Below the pieces are notes generated by a model, which did no database searches, was not told the origin of the DNA, and was given only the letters and a program-made list of their open reading frames with translations. Of a stretch of 64,000 nt of DNA, positions 25,740 through 39,056 are shown piece after piece (within the stretch, counting starts at the first letter, position 1; the number at the start of each line of letters is the position of its first letter). The stretch is from Cirrosporium novae-zelandiae (taxonomy: Eukaryota): the NCBI GenBank assembly GCA_026023565.1, contig JAPETS010000027.1:1-64000 (forward strand), read 5' to 3'. The translations under genes and the position numbers were made by a program.

Positions 25740-27508
25740 ATGCTATCTTTATACCTTTTCCTTTCTGCTCTTTTCCTAATAGCACCCCTTAACCTTACTG
25801 GGGCTTATCCTTCTTTTGGCATTGTCTCTCGACCGGCTTCAAAGAATTGCTGTGTTAAGCAGATTTCCTGCAATGATAAGGCATATACATACGAGGGAAT
25901 AGCTGGATATGGATATGTCCCTTCTGATGCCGTAGACAAATATCAGGACACACTTGGAGGTTTTGGCAGTTCAATTGCATTAGATCGCAGTACCTGGAGG
26001 AGAAATCATGATGGAAGTTATGATGGTATTCTCTGGACGTTGCCCGATCGAGGATGGTAAGATAACAATATAGTCGACGCTAGTGGACTTGAAAATGATA
26101 ATGTGTTTCTTAGGAATACCAATGGTACCATCAACTATAACCCCCGAATTCATAAATTCTCCATTCATTTCGAACCTAAGCCGCACGCTACAGTGGCCAA
26201 TCCCTCTAGTAGGAATCTCCACTTTAACTATCTTGATACTATACTTTTCACTGGTCCCGATGGGCATCCAACTACTAGCCTTGACGCCGACGTTACTGGA
26301 AACATCACATATGTTGGCTTCCCTGAACTTCCTGTAGCTACATACACTGGCGACGGCTTCGGGGGTGAGGGGATGGGTGGACAACGCATCGCAATCGATA
26401 GTGAAGGTCTAGTCCTCAATGAAGATGGAAGTTTCTGGGTTAGCGATGAGTATGGTCCATATATCTATAAGTTCTCCAAAAAAGGGAGGATGCAGCATGC
26501 AATTCAACCCCCTCAAGCCTATCTTCCCCGTCGAAATGGGTCCGTGAGCTTTTCAGCAAACTCGCCTCCGCACTATGACCAAAATAAGGTGACCGCACCG
26601 GCAGATACTCAGTCAGGGCGAACCAATAACCATGGCTTTGAAGGACTAACCGTTTCCCCTGACCGCAAATACCTATATGCCTTACTGCAATCGGCCTTGG
26701 CTCAAGAAGGAGGACAGAAGAAGAGGACTCGAAAGCAAGCCCGTCTCCTCGAATATGATATTAGCGGTTCCACGCCCATCTTCTCCCGCGAGTTTGTCGT
26801 CACGCTACCCCGATATAAACCAGGTAAAAGCAAAAAGACAAAGACAGGCCACAAGGAGGAAGTTGCATCTCAATCAGAAATCCACTGCATCGGCGCAAAC
26901 CAATTCCTCGTTCTATCTCGCGATTCGGGTGCCGGCCGTGGCCAAGACAATACCAAATCCGTCTACCGCCATGTGGACATCTTTACCCTTCCTCCCCTTT
27001 CCAATGCTACAGACATCAAGTCCCACTCTAATGACGGCGTTAATTCCTCCATTGCCTTTTCCAAGGGAAAGCTTCACTCCAACATCGTGGCAACGACGTA
27101 CTGCCCGTTCCTAGATTACAATGTGAATTCCGAGCTTGATAAATTCAAGCTACATAATGGGGGCGTGTCAAACAAACACCTCCTTAATGAGAAGTGGGAG
27201 AGTCTTGCCACCGCACCGGTTGACGGGAAGGACGGAGCAGATGGCGAGTTTTATCTATTTAGTTTGAGTGATAATGACTTTATGACTCAAGATGGTGAGT
27301 GAGATCTCTTGTCTTGTCATTTCTTCTCCCTAGTTCTATGTGCATGTGTGCGTGGAGAGGACAAAGAAACTGAAAGGTTCTAATACGAAATATAGGGTAT
27401 ATGAACTTCGGCAATTTCAGGTACAGCGATGAGTCTGGATACGATATCGACAGCCAGGCCTTAGTTTTCAAGATCAAGCTGCCAAATGGAGATGCGTCTG
27501 TCTCGTGA
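25740..27508 (+). CDS. Secreted esterase-like/phytase-like domain protein
   Basis: Signal peptide; introns 26057-26113 and 27295-27395. Motifs DTLGGFGS, LPDRGWN, DSEGL, FWVSDEYGPY, NHGFEGL, EKWESL and SDNDF. Confidence 0.9.
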
Positions 27509-28032
27509 GCGAAGGGGAGTTGCTGGATTTGCTGGTTCTATTCCTTTAACTAGATAGGAAGGTGGGTGCTTGGGTTAGATTGGGATTTTGTTAAATTGGA
27601 TAGATAAAGATCGTGTAGATATATATTAGAGTCATTGTTATGGTCGATATAATGTTCAAAAATTAAGCATAAGGTTTATGTTGAGTGAACCCACCAATTA
27701 AGGTTAAAAGAGTAGCGTATTTGTACAGTACATGTACCATTTTATAGGGACAGTGTAGTTACCTAGATACACAACTTAAAGCCACCTATGGAATCTCTTC
27801 TTTCGCATGATAATTATGGAGCAATTGCTGCAGCTACATCAGGAATGGCCGCGACTGCAAGAAATGATGGGCTGTGTAGAAATACCCTTGCAACCTTTAC
27901 GAACTATCTATCTATGACAAATGCTCGTGAAGGAAACTTCATTGGCATTAATGATAAACCGGCTATGCAAGGGGGGGTAATACGAAAAGGCGAGTCGGCT
28001 CAATGATAAAATCTCGAGGTTCAATTTGATTA

Positions 28033-28188
28033 ACGTAAATAATTGACCTGGAGTTGGACAAAACGACTGGAAGTTGGTCATTTCACCAAAATTTGGTCCT
28101 TAGCATAAGAGAGGCCGGAGCGAGAGCAGCCGACATTTAGTGGAAGTGACCAACTTTAGGTCGTTGTCCAACTCTAGGTTAGTTACGT
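28033..28188. mobile_element. 156-bp MITE with long TIRs, Tc1/mariner (pogo/Fot1-like)
   Basis: Ends are TA|ACGTAA...TTACGT|TA. Arms CCTGGAGTTGGACAA / TTGTCCAACTCTAGG and AAGTTGGTCATTTC / GAAGTGACCAACTT form about 60-bp imperfect TIRs with a TA target duplication. Confidence 0.85.
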
Positions 28189-29081
28189 TAAGCAAAGAGG
28201 CTGAAGCCCGCCTCTGCCTGAAAACAGTGATCTGGCCTATCATAATCCTTACATGACACCCCTACGAGCGGTGGCCATGGGTTGCTAGGTTAAGAGACAG
28301 GTGAGAAAAATAAAATAAAAGACTGGATGTTAGTACCAAGAGCGCGATGCAAATGAGCAGGAACAAGACAACCTCTGAGGAAGACTTGGCCCGAGAGGGA
28401 TTCATGCAAGTTTGACCGAGTGAGGTAGTATTACATCCTGCGTATATGAAGGAAACCCAATCAAGGCGCTGCGTGTCCCTACAATTAGCTAGACATATCC
28501 TCATCCTGGTTTAATGTGCTGATCTGCTTGGTTCGACTTTGCAGATAATTCTCAGCTAAAACACAGCTGAAGTGATAAGGATGGCTCAAAGTCTCACCCT
28601 ATTGGGTACTCGACTTAACAATGCAGCAAACATCAGCTACACGACGGGATTGAAGGTCGAGGGTCCCTCCAGCCAGATGGCTAAACAGTGCCCAATGCTG
28701 CTAGAAGGGGGTATACACGGTCTCTGACAGCTATGAATATTTCGCAGACCCTTCTTACGGAGGGTCACTGAGTAGCCTCTTCTCTTCCTAAGAAACCAGT
28801 CTATCTAAGAATCAAGTATTATTTATCTCCCTGCTTCCTAACTTTATCACTATATGTCTCTCCTACTAAACAAACGCTACATTTACTCTCGGTTCCGCGG
28901 GTCAGTCTGCACCAACAGACTGAGATATAAAGACTGGCTCATGCGACCGAATCTTTGAGCGGTAGTTGTTAGCTTACAATAACTTGACCTACTTGATTGC
29001 TATGCGACTCTGCGGTTGGATCCGGAACCTTTCTCAATTCTGGCCTGCATGGTGAATCAATATTGCCTACTCGATTAGAAA

Positions 29082-32000
29082 ATGGCTCTGGGTCCTGGCT
29101 TGCACATCATCTCTGATGCCAAATCAACTAGCAATGCTCTTAGTACTGCTAAGACCGAGTACGCTGTTCCTACATAGAACTTCCGCTTGGGATGGAAACC
29201 CATTGCTAATCCCCAATTTCGTTACCATCGTGGCTATTCATGGTCTAAATATCAAGAACAGTCCAAATTACGCGGAGAAGACGTGGAAAGATGGTGAACA
29301 CCTCTGGCTGAGAGATTCCTTACCAGCACGGCTACCGAAACCCAGCCGAGTCATGCTGTTTGCGTACAATTCTAGCCCAGTGAAGGCATCGGCGGCTATA
29401 AAGCTTGATGACCATGCTGGGAACCTTCTTCATTATCTTGACCTAGAACGGAAAGTAAGCTATTTTCCTAGGATAAAAATTTCATAATATAATCTTTCCT
29501 ATTAGAGCAAGAAATGGGCATATACAAAGGACGGTATCTGATGTGGTGTTATCAGGAGGCTCCTAAGAGACCACTTGTATTCATCTGCCATAGCCTCGGC
29601 GGCTTGGTGGTCAAACAGGTGAGTGTGCTATTTCACCTGGGAGAGAAAACCTCCTGTTTACCAACATAACCTTGATAGGCACTGGTCGAGGCAACTCTCA
29701 ACCCCAAATATAAGTCAATTCTTGAGGCAACATGTCTTCTCATATTCTTCGCTACGCCCTATCAAGGCGGGAATTATGCCAACTTTGGGGAGATTGTCGC
29801 GAAAATAGTCGGAGCGAGACCGTGGAAACCCCGAAACGACCTTATAAAGTCACTCATACACGGCTCAACTGAGGTTACTCGAAGGATTGAAGAATTCCGA
29901 CACCAACATGAATCATACTTGGTAATCAGCTTCTTCGAAGGACGATCATATGGCAAGCTAGGCATCGTGAGTTACATGAATGAAATTCTTAGGTTATGAG
30001 CATCGTGTGCTAATGCAGATAACTCAGGTTGTTGATAAAAAATCTGCAACTTTGAATCTTCCAGGAACGCGTGAAACTCAGGTTGCTATGCACGCCGATC
30101 ACAGTGCAATCTGCAAGTTTGCGATTAATGGTTCTGAGTGTCAAATGGTGATAAAAACCATTGTGGAGGAACTTAAACGAGCGTTAGATTTGAAATGTAT
30201 GGATAGGACATAATAAAATAATTCAAGGACATTTGCTGATATGAAAACAAAGCTTCTCATTCAAAAAAGGAATCCACTAATGTGCACTGGTGTGTGCCTC
30301 GTCCTGTTAATACTCTATTCACCGGTCGCAAAGGCGTATTGAAAAGGATTGAAGCGGCTTTATGTCCAACTGACAAAACTTATAACGAAGAGCGACAGAG
30401 GAGATTCGTCATCACGGGATTAGGAGGACAAGGCAAAAGCGAGATTTGCCTAAGATTTGCAGACTTGATGCGAGACAAGTATGTAGCCTCGTATCATCTA
30501 GTACCGTAGACCTCTGTTTGCTAACTCTTGCAGCTTCTGGGGTATTTTCTGGGTTGATGTCAGTAGCAACTCTTCAGCTAGTGCTGGGTTCCAAACAATC
30601 TCGAAACAGCTTGGATCGCTCGCCCATAGTATTGATGAAACCCGGATGTTAATTTCCAACCTAAAACAAGACTGGCTCCTTATTTTGGACAATGCTGATG
30701 ATCCAGAATTTGATTACGGGATCTACTTTCCATCAGGGACCGGTGGCGCTATAATCATGACATCTCGTAACCACGAATGTAGCATATATAGCCCAATTGG
30801 ATCCGAGGAGGTTAGCGGCTTGAGTGAAAACGATTGCGTGAGTCTACTGTTGAATGCAGCAAAAATCGTCCGAGTGTCGCCAGAAGATGAAGTGGCAGCA
30901 AAAAAAATCGTCAACCAACTAGGATCCCACACTCTGGCGTTGATACAAGCAGGAGCATATATTGCCTTAGGATATTGTACCATAAATAAATATCCTTCGA
31001 TATATCAAGAGCAGCGTAGGAGATTACTCGAATTCAGTTCAAAGCAAGCACCGTCGAGGTATCATAATGTCTATACCACCTTTGAAGCGTCCATTGATAT
31101 CCTACAATCTTCTGAGCGCGAGGACGCTTGCGATGCTTTGAATTTGCTTCAGGTGCTATCTATGCTGCATTATGATAACGTTCCTCTTCAACTATTTGAA
31201 GATGCATGGACAGGGAGTCAGGTGGCTCAAAAAACGAATGAAGAAAATGATCTGCCCATTGGGGTTTTGTCTACCTGGCATGTTTCTTTACTACCTGATT
31301 TTATGCAAGTAACCCTTGACAAATGGGATCCTTTTCGCCTTCAGAGAGCACAAAATCTACTTTCCTCACTTGCTTTGGTTAATAAAACCGAAAAATTCAA
31401 TATGCCCACGCTTTCAATGCATCCACTTACCCATGCCTGGGTAAAAGACCGCCAAGATTTAGATCAAAAAAAGCGGTCTTGGAAGACTACAGGATCCATT
31501 TTCGCGTTATCCAACTATCCCGATATGACCTGGAAGCAGTATTACCCCCAGTTCTTACCACACGTGCAACCACTTCTTAACGGCGACGTTTCAAAGATGG
31601 ATTTACTTTACCCGTCGATGCGAGTGAAACAGATGTTTTTTCAGTGTGGATGGATTTTATACCACGCAAACGATAACTCTGGACTCTCTACTTTGCTTGA
31701 ACGAATGCTTCGCAGTTTAAAAACCGACGTAATGGTTCCTACGGATAGCTTATGGCCATTACATTATCTGGTTTCCTTAAACTATTCAGCCTTAAGAAAA
31801 TATAAAAAAGCCGAGCATCTTTTGAAACATATTTTTGAGACCCAAAAAGGACTATCTGAAGATAATTTAATTCGATTAGTATTAGAGCATGAACTCTCGA
31901 AGGTTTATTTAAAAAATGGAAAAACTAAGCAAGCAATTGAGCTTTTAGAGAATATCATTCAAATTCAAAAAATGAATTTACCTAAAAATAACCCAAATCG

Positions 32001-32257
32001 ATTAGGATCAGAGCATATGCTCGCTTGTGCTTATTACAAAAATGGACAGGTCAAAGACGCGATACAGCTTTTCGAACATGTCGTGCAAATTCCAAAAGCA
32101 GTTTTACCTGAAAATCACCCACATCGATTTAGCATCAGAGAGCTGGCTTGCCTTTATTTACTCACACCATAAAAAGATCAAAAAGCATATCCAACAAAAC
32201 CCCAATCCCTGTCCAGAAGTATCCCCCCTCTATACCATGGACCGACCAACCACCTAG
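29082..32257 (+). pseudogene. Fungal NLR-like gene (SesB-like alpha/beta hydrolase, NB-ARC, TPR) carrying apparent lesions
   Basis: DIVAIHGL, LWLRDSLP, FICHSLGGLVVKQAL, ADHSAICKF, FTGR, Walker A GLGGQGKS, Walker B WLLILDNADD, MHPLTHAW and TPR repeats. Intron 1 ends in AC instead of AG, and there is a +1 frameshift near 32128-32130. Confidence 0.85.
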
Positions 32258-33449
32258 GATCGCCACGTGCATCCCTTAGGTCATCGATCTCATTCTAATG
32301 ATCTAGATATCTGCTTTGTTATGATGATGATGATGATGATGATGGGGGGGGGGCTCCGCTTAATTGGGATGGTTGGAGCTTTGTCTTACCGCTGTGGGTA
32401 GGCCTCCTGATAGGACGAGCTTGAGGGGAAGAGCCTTGTTGCCATGATTATGCTATCTTGAATGTGTGCTTTTGAAAGAAGGGAAGGGGGGGGAGGTATA
32501 AGCATAGGCACAAGCATAAGCACAAGCACAGCTAGGACGACCAAACCGAATCTCGGAGACGGGAATGACTCATATGGTGGTTAGTGTTCTGGGTATGGAT
32601 ACTAAGAGTATTGAGACTGAAAGGAGAAGAAAGGGGGTGGAGGACACGGTACGAGGAGCGGAGGATGTCAAGGAGGTCAAGACGTGTATATGCTTAGCCC
32701 TAGCTTACCCTTGCTTCTTATCCAAGATTAACTAGACTAAATCAAACTAAATGGTGTTAGGATGGTGTTAGGTAGGTGGGAATCGAACTGGGGGGTTTGG
32801 TTACTATGGGAGAGGGGGGGGGATGGGAGGGGTTTTTTTTTGGACTCTGTGGTGCGGTTGGTGTTGGTTAGGTTGGTGTTGGTTGGGTTGGGTTGGAGTT
32901 AGGTTGTTTAATGCATGTTTCCTATCTCTCGTGTCCTGTGTCTTAATACCTTGATACTCTCCCCCCTTCCCCCTTTTGTTCTCAAAAAAAATCTCAAAAA
33001 GCCTCAAAAGGAGAGAAAAGAGAGAACCATTTGAACATCAGTAAAGTAAGCAAGTAAGGTAAGTAAGGTAAGGTAAGTCAGCCCTGTCTGTGTATTTGTA
33101 TTCATAATAATTTTTTTTTTCTGGTTCTCCGCTTTGTTGGCTTTTATGATATCTTCCCTCCATTCACTACCAAACCTTGGAAACTCCTTTGTTTGGGGGT
33201 GTGAATAGTGTCGTGCACATGTAGGGTGTATAATGTAGTGGTATATCTATTATACATGCACCCTTCAATCCCCCCTACTGTATACTGTGATTGGAAATTT
33301 AAAATTTAGAAAAAATATGTATACACTTAAGGCTTGAGGTCTTGAGGTCTTAAGCTAAGGGGGGGGGGGTGGAGAGTATACTACCTGGGTACTAGGGTAG
33401 ATAGGTAGATAAGTAGATATGTCTGTCCATAACTTCATACAACGACGAT

Positions 33450-33503
33450 CAGTGTTGTGAATAGAACCAGACCAAATAATTGGACGGTCTATTCACAGCA
33501 CTG
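33450..33503. mobile_element. 54-bp miniature copy of the 20837-21044 MITE family
   Basis: CAGTGTTGTGAATAGA...TCTATTCACAGCACTG (15/16 inverted), with the shared AGACCAAATA motif inside. Confidence 0.75.
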
Positions 33504-33654
33504 GCGAAGACGACATACGGATAATAATAAACTTGAATAATCATCATCGTCATCATCATCATTATCATTGTCAACTCCTTTGTTTGATTTATTCCCCCTT
33601 TTTGGAAGGGAGGGGAATGGTTCTTATTATTATATAGGTATTGTAACTATGCTT

Positions 33655-36493
33655 TTAATCTAAGCCCATCCATTCATCATCATCACCATTCCCTCCATCC
33701 ATCATTGCTATTTCTATGGCTTTTGGTTGTTGTTGTGTTTTGCTTTTACTCGTGGGTTGTGCGAGTAGGTAGCTTAGGGTATATGTATTTTCGTCGGCGC
33801 TAAAAAGGTGGCAAAAGGCGAGTTAGTACTGTACGACGTAGAACCACAAAAATATAAGGTTGGCAAAAAGCGAGAAGTTTTGTTTGTTCACTTACAGTCT
33901 TGCAAAGTCACTTCTGATTCTATCTACCGCTCTTTGAACCATCCTTAGTTCGGTTGCAAGTACTCCGCTGTTATCTTTAATCCATCGACCATGCGCACTG
34001 ACGAGCGCTTCGATCCACATTAAGTTGAATTCCAAATGTGGGGTCTCCTCTGCGGATTGTGCGACGAAGCGGAGGAGTCTTGCGAGGTAGACACGGGGGA
34101 TTTGCTTGGCAACGAGGGAAATGTCGGGAGGGGGGATTGCTTCATAGACGCGGCGGATTAGGGGTTGTTCGTTTAGGCGGAAGGACATGACGAGGGCTGT
34201 GAGGTATTCTTTTCGATCTAGGGTGGAGATGATGGTGGTTGGGGTGATTGTGATGTCAAGGTCAAAGGGGTCGAATTGGAGAGCGCTGTCGAGGGAGTAG
34301 ACCAGTAGTCCCTCGGTTGAAGAGGCTGCAAAGGCCCTGCCCGTGGGTGAGAATGCCACGGATGTAACGCGGACTTCAGGACGTGTTTTTCGTAGGGACA
34401 TATCTCCACGAGTCGCACCAGGGAGCGGTCGGTCCAGTCGGTCTTCTAGATCCGAGGCTTCACCTTGTTGGTCGATAAGACCAAGTGGCCCAGCTTCCGT
34501 CAGGTTACGGCTATTAAGGTATTCTTGGGTACCGTCGAGAGAAAGGTTGACTGAGACTGTAAATTTTTTGACTAAGCTACCAGACTGAACCTCGTAGAGA
34601 CAGATGTATTTGCTGTTTCCACCTGCAAGAATGCAAGTTCCGTCTGCGCTGTAGGTTATTGTGCTAAATGACTTGGTGCCTGCGGAATTTGCTGCGGTTC
34701 TTCGATCTGTAATTTTCCTTCCACCTGATACGTCGCGACGGCCATCAATGCCGACTTGTTGGATTGCTTCCGAGATGGACCAGAATGTCAGCTGGCCGTC
34801 TAGGGTTGACACGGCGATTTGTTGAGAGTCGGGGCGACATACAACATCTAGAACATCTGATTGGAGGACCAAGGGCTCGCTAGTTTGTGTTCGTGCGAAG
34901 ATACTCCATATGCGAACTGTGTGGTCCCAGCTGCCACTTATCAAGCTATCACCGTCCGAAGAGAATGCAAGAGAGGATACTGGTCCTTCGTGACCCGCTA
35001 ACTGATCAAGAAGCTGGCCTGTTTGAACTGACCAGATGTGAATGTCAAACGAGTCATGAGACCCGGCGGCGACGACTTCACCGCTGGGGTCGATGCTTAA
35101 ACATGAAAAGGGGAGTCTTGTAGGAGCAGTAAATGTTCTGAAATTTCGAAATCTAATCAGATCCCAGGCTCGAACCGACCCATCCAAGCTTGCTGTGAAC
35201 AAAACATTTCCCCTTTTAGCAAATTCGCATGCAGTAACCCCAGCAGAATGCTCTGTGAATGTAACGATGCAGAATCCCGAAACAACATCCCATACTTTGA
35301 TTTTGCCATCATCTGCTGTAGTTACTACTCGTTGGCCGTCAGGTGAATATACCAAAGAATTTATGGAATCAAAATGATTTTGTTGTTTCAAAATATAGGA
35401 TTCCGACTGCCATTCCCACACAAGTAATTGGCCAAATTTGGAGGCTCCAAAAGCTAACCATTCACCGGTTGAGTTTATCGTGACAAAATCAATATCGCTT
35501 TGTGAAATGCTGAGAGAATGAATCTCATTAAAGTCCGGTAGTTCATATAATTTGAAGAGACCATTTGAGAAACCGACCACCAGCAATTCCGTGTTTGCAT
35601 GATATACTGCACATTTGACTTTTGCAGCACCTTGCATAAAGAAGTGTTTAGAAGCGATTCGCCAGCATTCATCCGAGCCTTCCATAGATACATCTTCTCC
35701 TTCCGGTACAGATTTGACCATGTACGCCCATTGGAATAAGGCACCATCTTGGCTGATAGTGATTATCTTTTCTTGGTCACGGGAAAACCAAGCATTAACA
35801 ACATTCTCCCGGTGACCTGCCAGAGTTGTTGGCTGGAACCCATCTTCCGGATTCAGACTCCACACTCTAGTTGTCAAGTCCTTTGAGCCACTGAGAAAGA
35901 ATCTTGAATCACTGGACCACTCAATGCTAGTCACAGTATCATGATGACCGGCATATACCCGATGACGTATAAATGGAGCAAATTCCAAACCTCCATCGGA
36001 ATTTGAATCTGGTGTTGATGGTGATTGCCAAACTTCTATCAACCTCCCCACACCCACAGCAAAGTGTCTTCCCGAAGGAGAACAGGAGAGCGCGGATACA
36101 GAGGATTTGAAAGAGAAGTGGTGTAGGGCTATGCGCTTGGAGAAATTTGTGAGAATAGCTCGTCCATCCTCATCAATGGAGAGGAGAAGATTGCCTTTAG
36201 GCGTCAAAGCAATTCTGGATATGTGACGACGGTGCGCGAAAGGAAGAGTATAGGATTGATTTCTGGATAGAAAATAAGTTTCTTGAAGGAATGGAGGGCG
36301 AGTTTAGAAACGCACTTAATCAGATCAAATACAGTGACTCTATTTCCTACTGGAGAGAGCAAACAGGTGCCATCTGGAGTAAAGAGGAGATTCCCCCGAT
36401 GGTATACTGTACCCAGAAGATTAGAAAACTATTGATAAGTGAGCTAGGAAGCTTGGAGTGGGGCAACAATTCGACCTTGAATTCAGTTTTCAT
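33655..36493 (-). CDS. PWP2: Periodic tryptophan protein 2 (UTP1), WD40 component of the SSU processome
   Basis: MKTEFKFSNLLGTVYHRGNLLFTPDG, GQLLVWEWQSESYILKQQ, RAWDLIRFRNFRTFT and FDPFDLD; three introns. Confidence 0.96.
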
Positions 36494-37055
36494 GTTGGCT
36501 ACTATTCCATTTTCCACCGGCGACAGCGATATTCAAATTTAAACTAATTACTAGAAGTAATTGGTGTTGGCGCAGAGGAAAGAGTTGATGATCTCAAGCC
36601 TCGAGCAGTATGAAAAGCTGTAGGACGTCAACTTTTTAAAAATTGTGGACAGGGATTAGAGAGCTTTCGGCAATTTAATTTTTCCGAAGTTTGCAGGTTT
36701 CATCAAACATAACAAACATAATAAACATCGTGATTGGGGATAGCGTAACGGGGAAAAGTGAAGCTAAACTAGACTAAGCTGGACGGGGAATTTGCAGAAG
36801 CGAACCCCTAATTTTTGAATTCAGGGAGGAGCCATTCAATCAAGACTGGGCCTATTCTACTCTACTAACCTGAGGTCCAAAGAAACGAAGCCATCTTGTC
36901 TTGTACAACAACTACCAAGACTCGACCTCCTCAATCTGCCCAGCTTCCTTCTGGTTGTTTTCCCACTCGCTATAGTTGCTGATTTAATCCATCTTTCTTC
37001 TCTACTCTTGTCTTGACCACTTTGCATAAGCTTGTCCTCTCTGGACCTCTTAACA

Positions 37056-38562
37056 ATGGCACCAGCAACAGCAACTACAGAGTCCTCGGCTTCGCCCATT
37101 GGTATTGCCAACGTAAGTTTGAAGAATATAACCTCCAATCTTCTTCAAATGAGCAGATGCTAACTCGATAATAGCTTCCTAATCAACGGTATACCATCTA
37201 CTCCGCCTTTTCTGACCACACCGAGCTTAAGCTAAACATTATTGCAGACATAAGATTGTTGCCAAACGAGGAGCAGCCTTTACTATTATGGTACGCAGAA
37301 GCGATTTAGTTTCGAGGAACCTACCGTTAACGTTAAACTAGGTCGCTGGAGAATCTGGATTGGGAAAGACGACCTTTATCAACACGCTGTTTTCGACTAC
37401 CATCAAGAACTATGCCGACCATAAACGCCGTCACCAGAAGCAGGTTGACAAGACTGTCGAGATAGAAATTACCAAGGCAGAGTTGGAAGAAAAGTTCTTC
37501 AAGGGTTAGTAGGAGTTAGAACATGGTCTGATCTAATAGACCAGGCTGACCCAGAATAGTCCGCCTTACTGTTATCGATACTCCCGGCTTCGGTGACTAT
37601 GTCAACAACCGTGACTCCTGGATGCCTATCATTGAATTCCTTGACGATCAACATGAATCCTACATGCTCCAGGAGCAACAGCCTCGACGACAGGATAAGA
37701 TTGATCTTCGTGTTCATGCCTGCTTGTACTTCATTAGACCTACTGGCCACACATTGAAACCCCTCGACATTGAGGTCATGAAGCGTCTATGTTCGAGAGT
37801 CAATCTGATTCCCGTGGTTGCAAAGGCAGACACTCTCAGTCCATCAGATCTTGCACGATTCAAGCAGAGAGTAAATATCACGAACCTCTGAAATATCATT
37901 TCGGTTTTAGCTAATTCTCACTAGATCCAAGCCGTCATTGAAGCACAAGGAATCAAAATCTACCAGCCACCAGTCGAGGAAGATGACGAGGCTGCTGCAC
38001 AACACGCTCGCGCTCTGATGGCCGCCATGCCATTCGCTGTTATTGGTTCGGAGAAAGATGTCAAGACCTCCGATGGGCGTGTTGTCAAGGGCCGTCAATA
38101 TTCCTGGGGTGTTGCTGAGGTTGAAAATGAAGAGCATTGTGACTTTAAGAAAGTCCGCTCTATCCTTATTCGTACCCACATGCTCGACCTCATTCACACT
38201 ACCGAGGAACAGCACTACGAAGCATATCGTGCACAACAGATGGAGACGAGGAAGTTTGGCGAGGCAAGACCAAGAAAATTGGACAACCCCAAGTTCAAGG
38301 AAGAGGAAGAGAATCTCCGAAAGAGATTCACAGAACAAGTGAAGGTCGAGGAACAGCGATTCAGAGGATGGGAACAGAAGTTGATTGGCGAGAGAGATCG
38401 TTTGAACAAAGATCTCGAGAGCACCCATGCTGCGTACGTGACACTGCTCAAATATATAATGCAGATTGGATTAGGATTGCTAACTTTTGGAATAGTATCA
38501 AGCAACTCGAGCAAGAATTGGAACAAATGCAAGGAAGCGCAGTGCGCAGTGGCCGTCGTTAA
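37056..38562 (+). CDS. CDC12: Septin Cdc12/AspC
   Basis: [61 protein letters not shown] and a coiled-coil tail; six introns including a 14-nt exon. Confidence 0.93.
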
Positions 38563-39056
38563 AGAAAGGAATTATGATTCTGAATCAAGACTGTCAATAT
38601 GGAGCTGTTGTAGGAAAATCTTGTTGTGTTTGGGGAAGGAGAACTATTGGTGGAGAAGAGAGGTTACAGGTTGCCAATACCACGGAGTCTTCATTATTCA
38701 TCTCTTAGCGATTGCTTTAATACATTAAATGGCTCTCTTATATTTGAGTTCTTTTTCTGGAGGAGTGGTTAGTTAAAAATGGTCTAATGGGGAATGACTG
38801 TCCTCGCCTCCGGGCCGACTTGTAGCTATCAATTTGTTTTTCTGGCAATGGATAATTCTATCTATGATAATTACTTCTACTCTTTATTACATCATATCAT
38901 GCTTGCCGTAGACGTATATATTTAAGGCCTTTTCGATAGCTCATAGAAGCTTGGCCAACTATATCCCAGTATAGTCACATTCTTCAAGATGCATACATAA
39001 TTCATAGTTACACCAAATCCCACCAAAGCTCCAGTAAGCAGCCGCATTCAACAACA

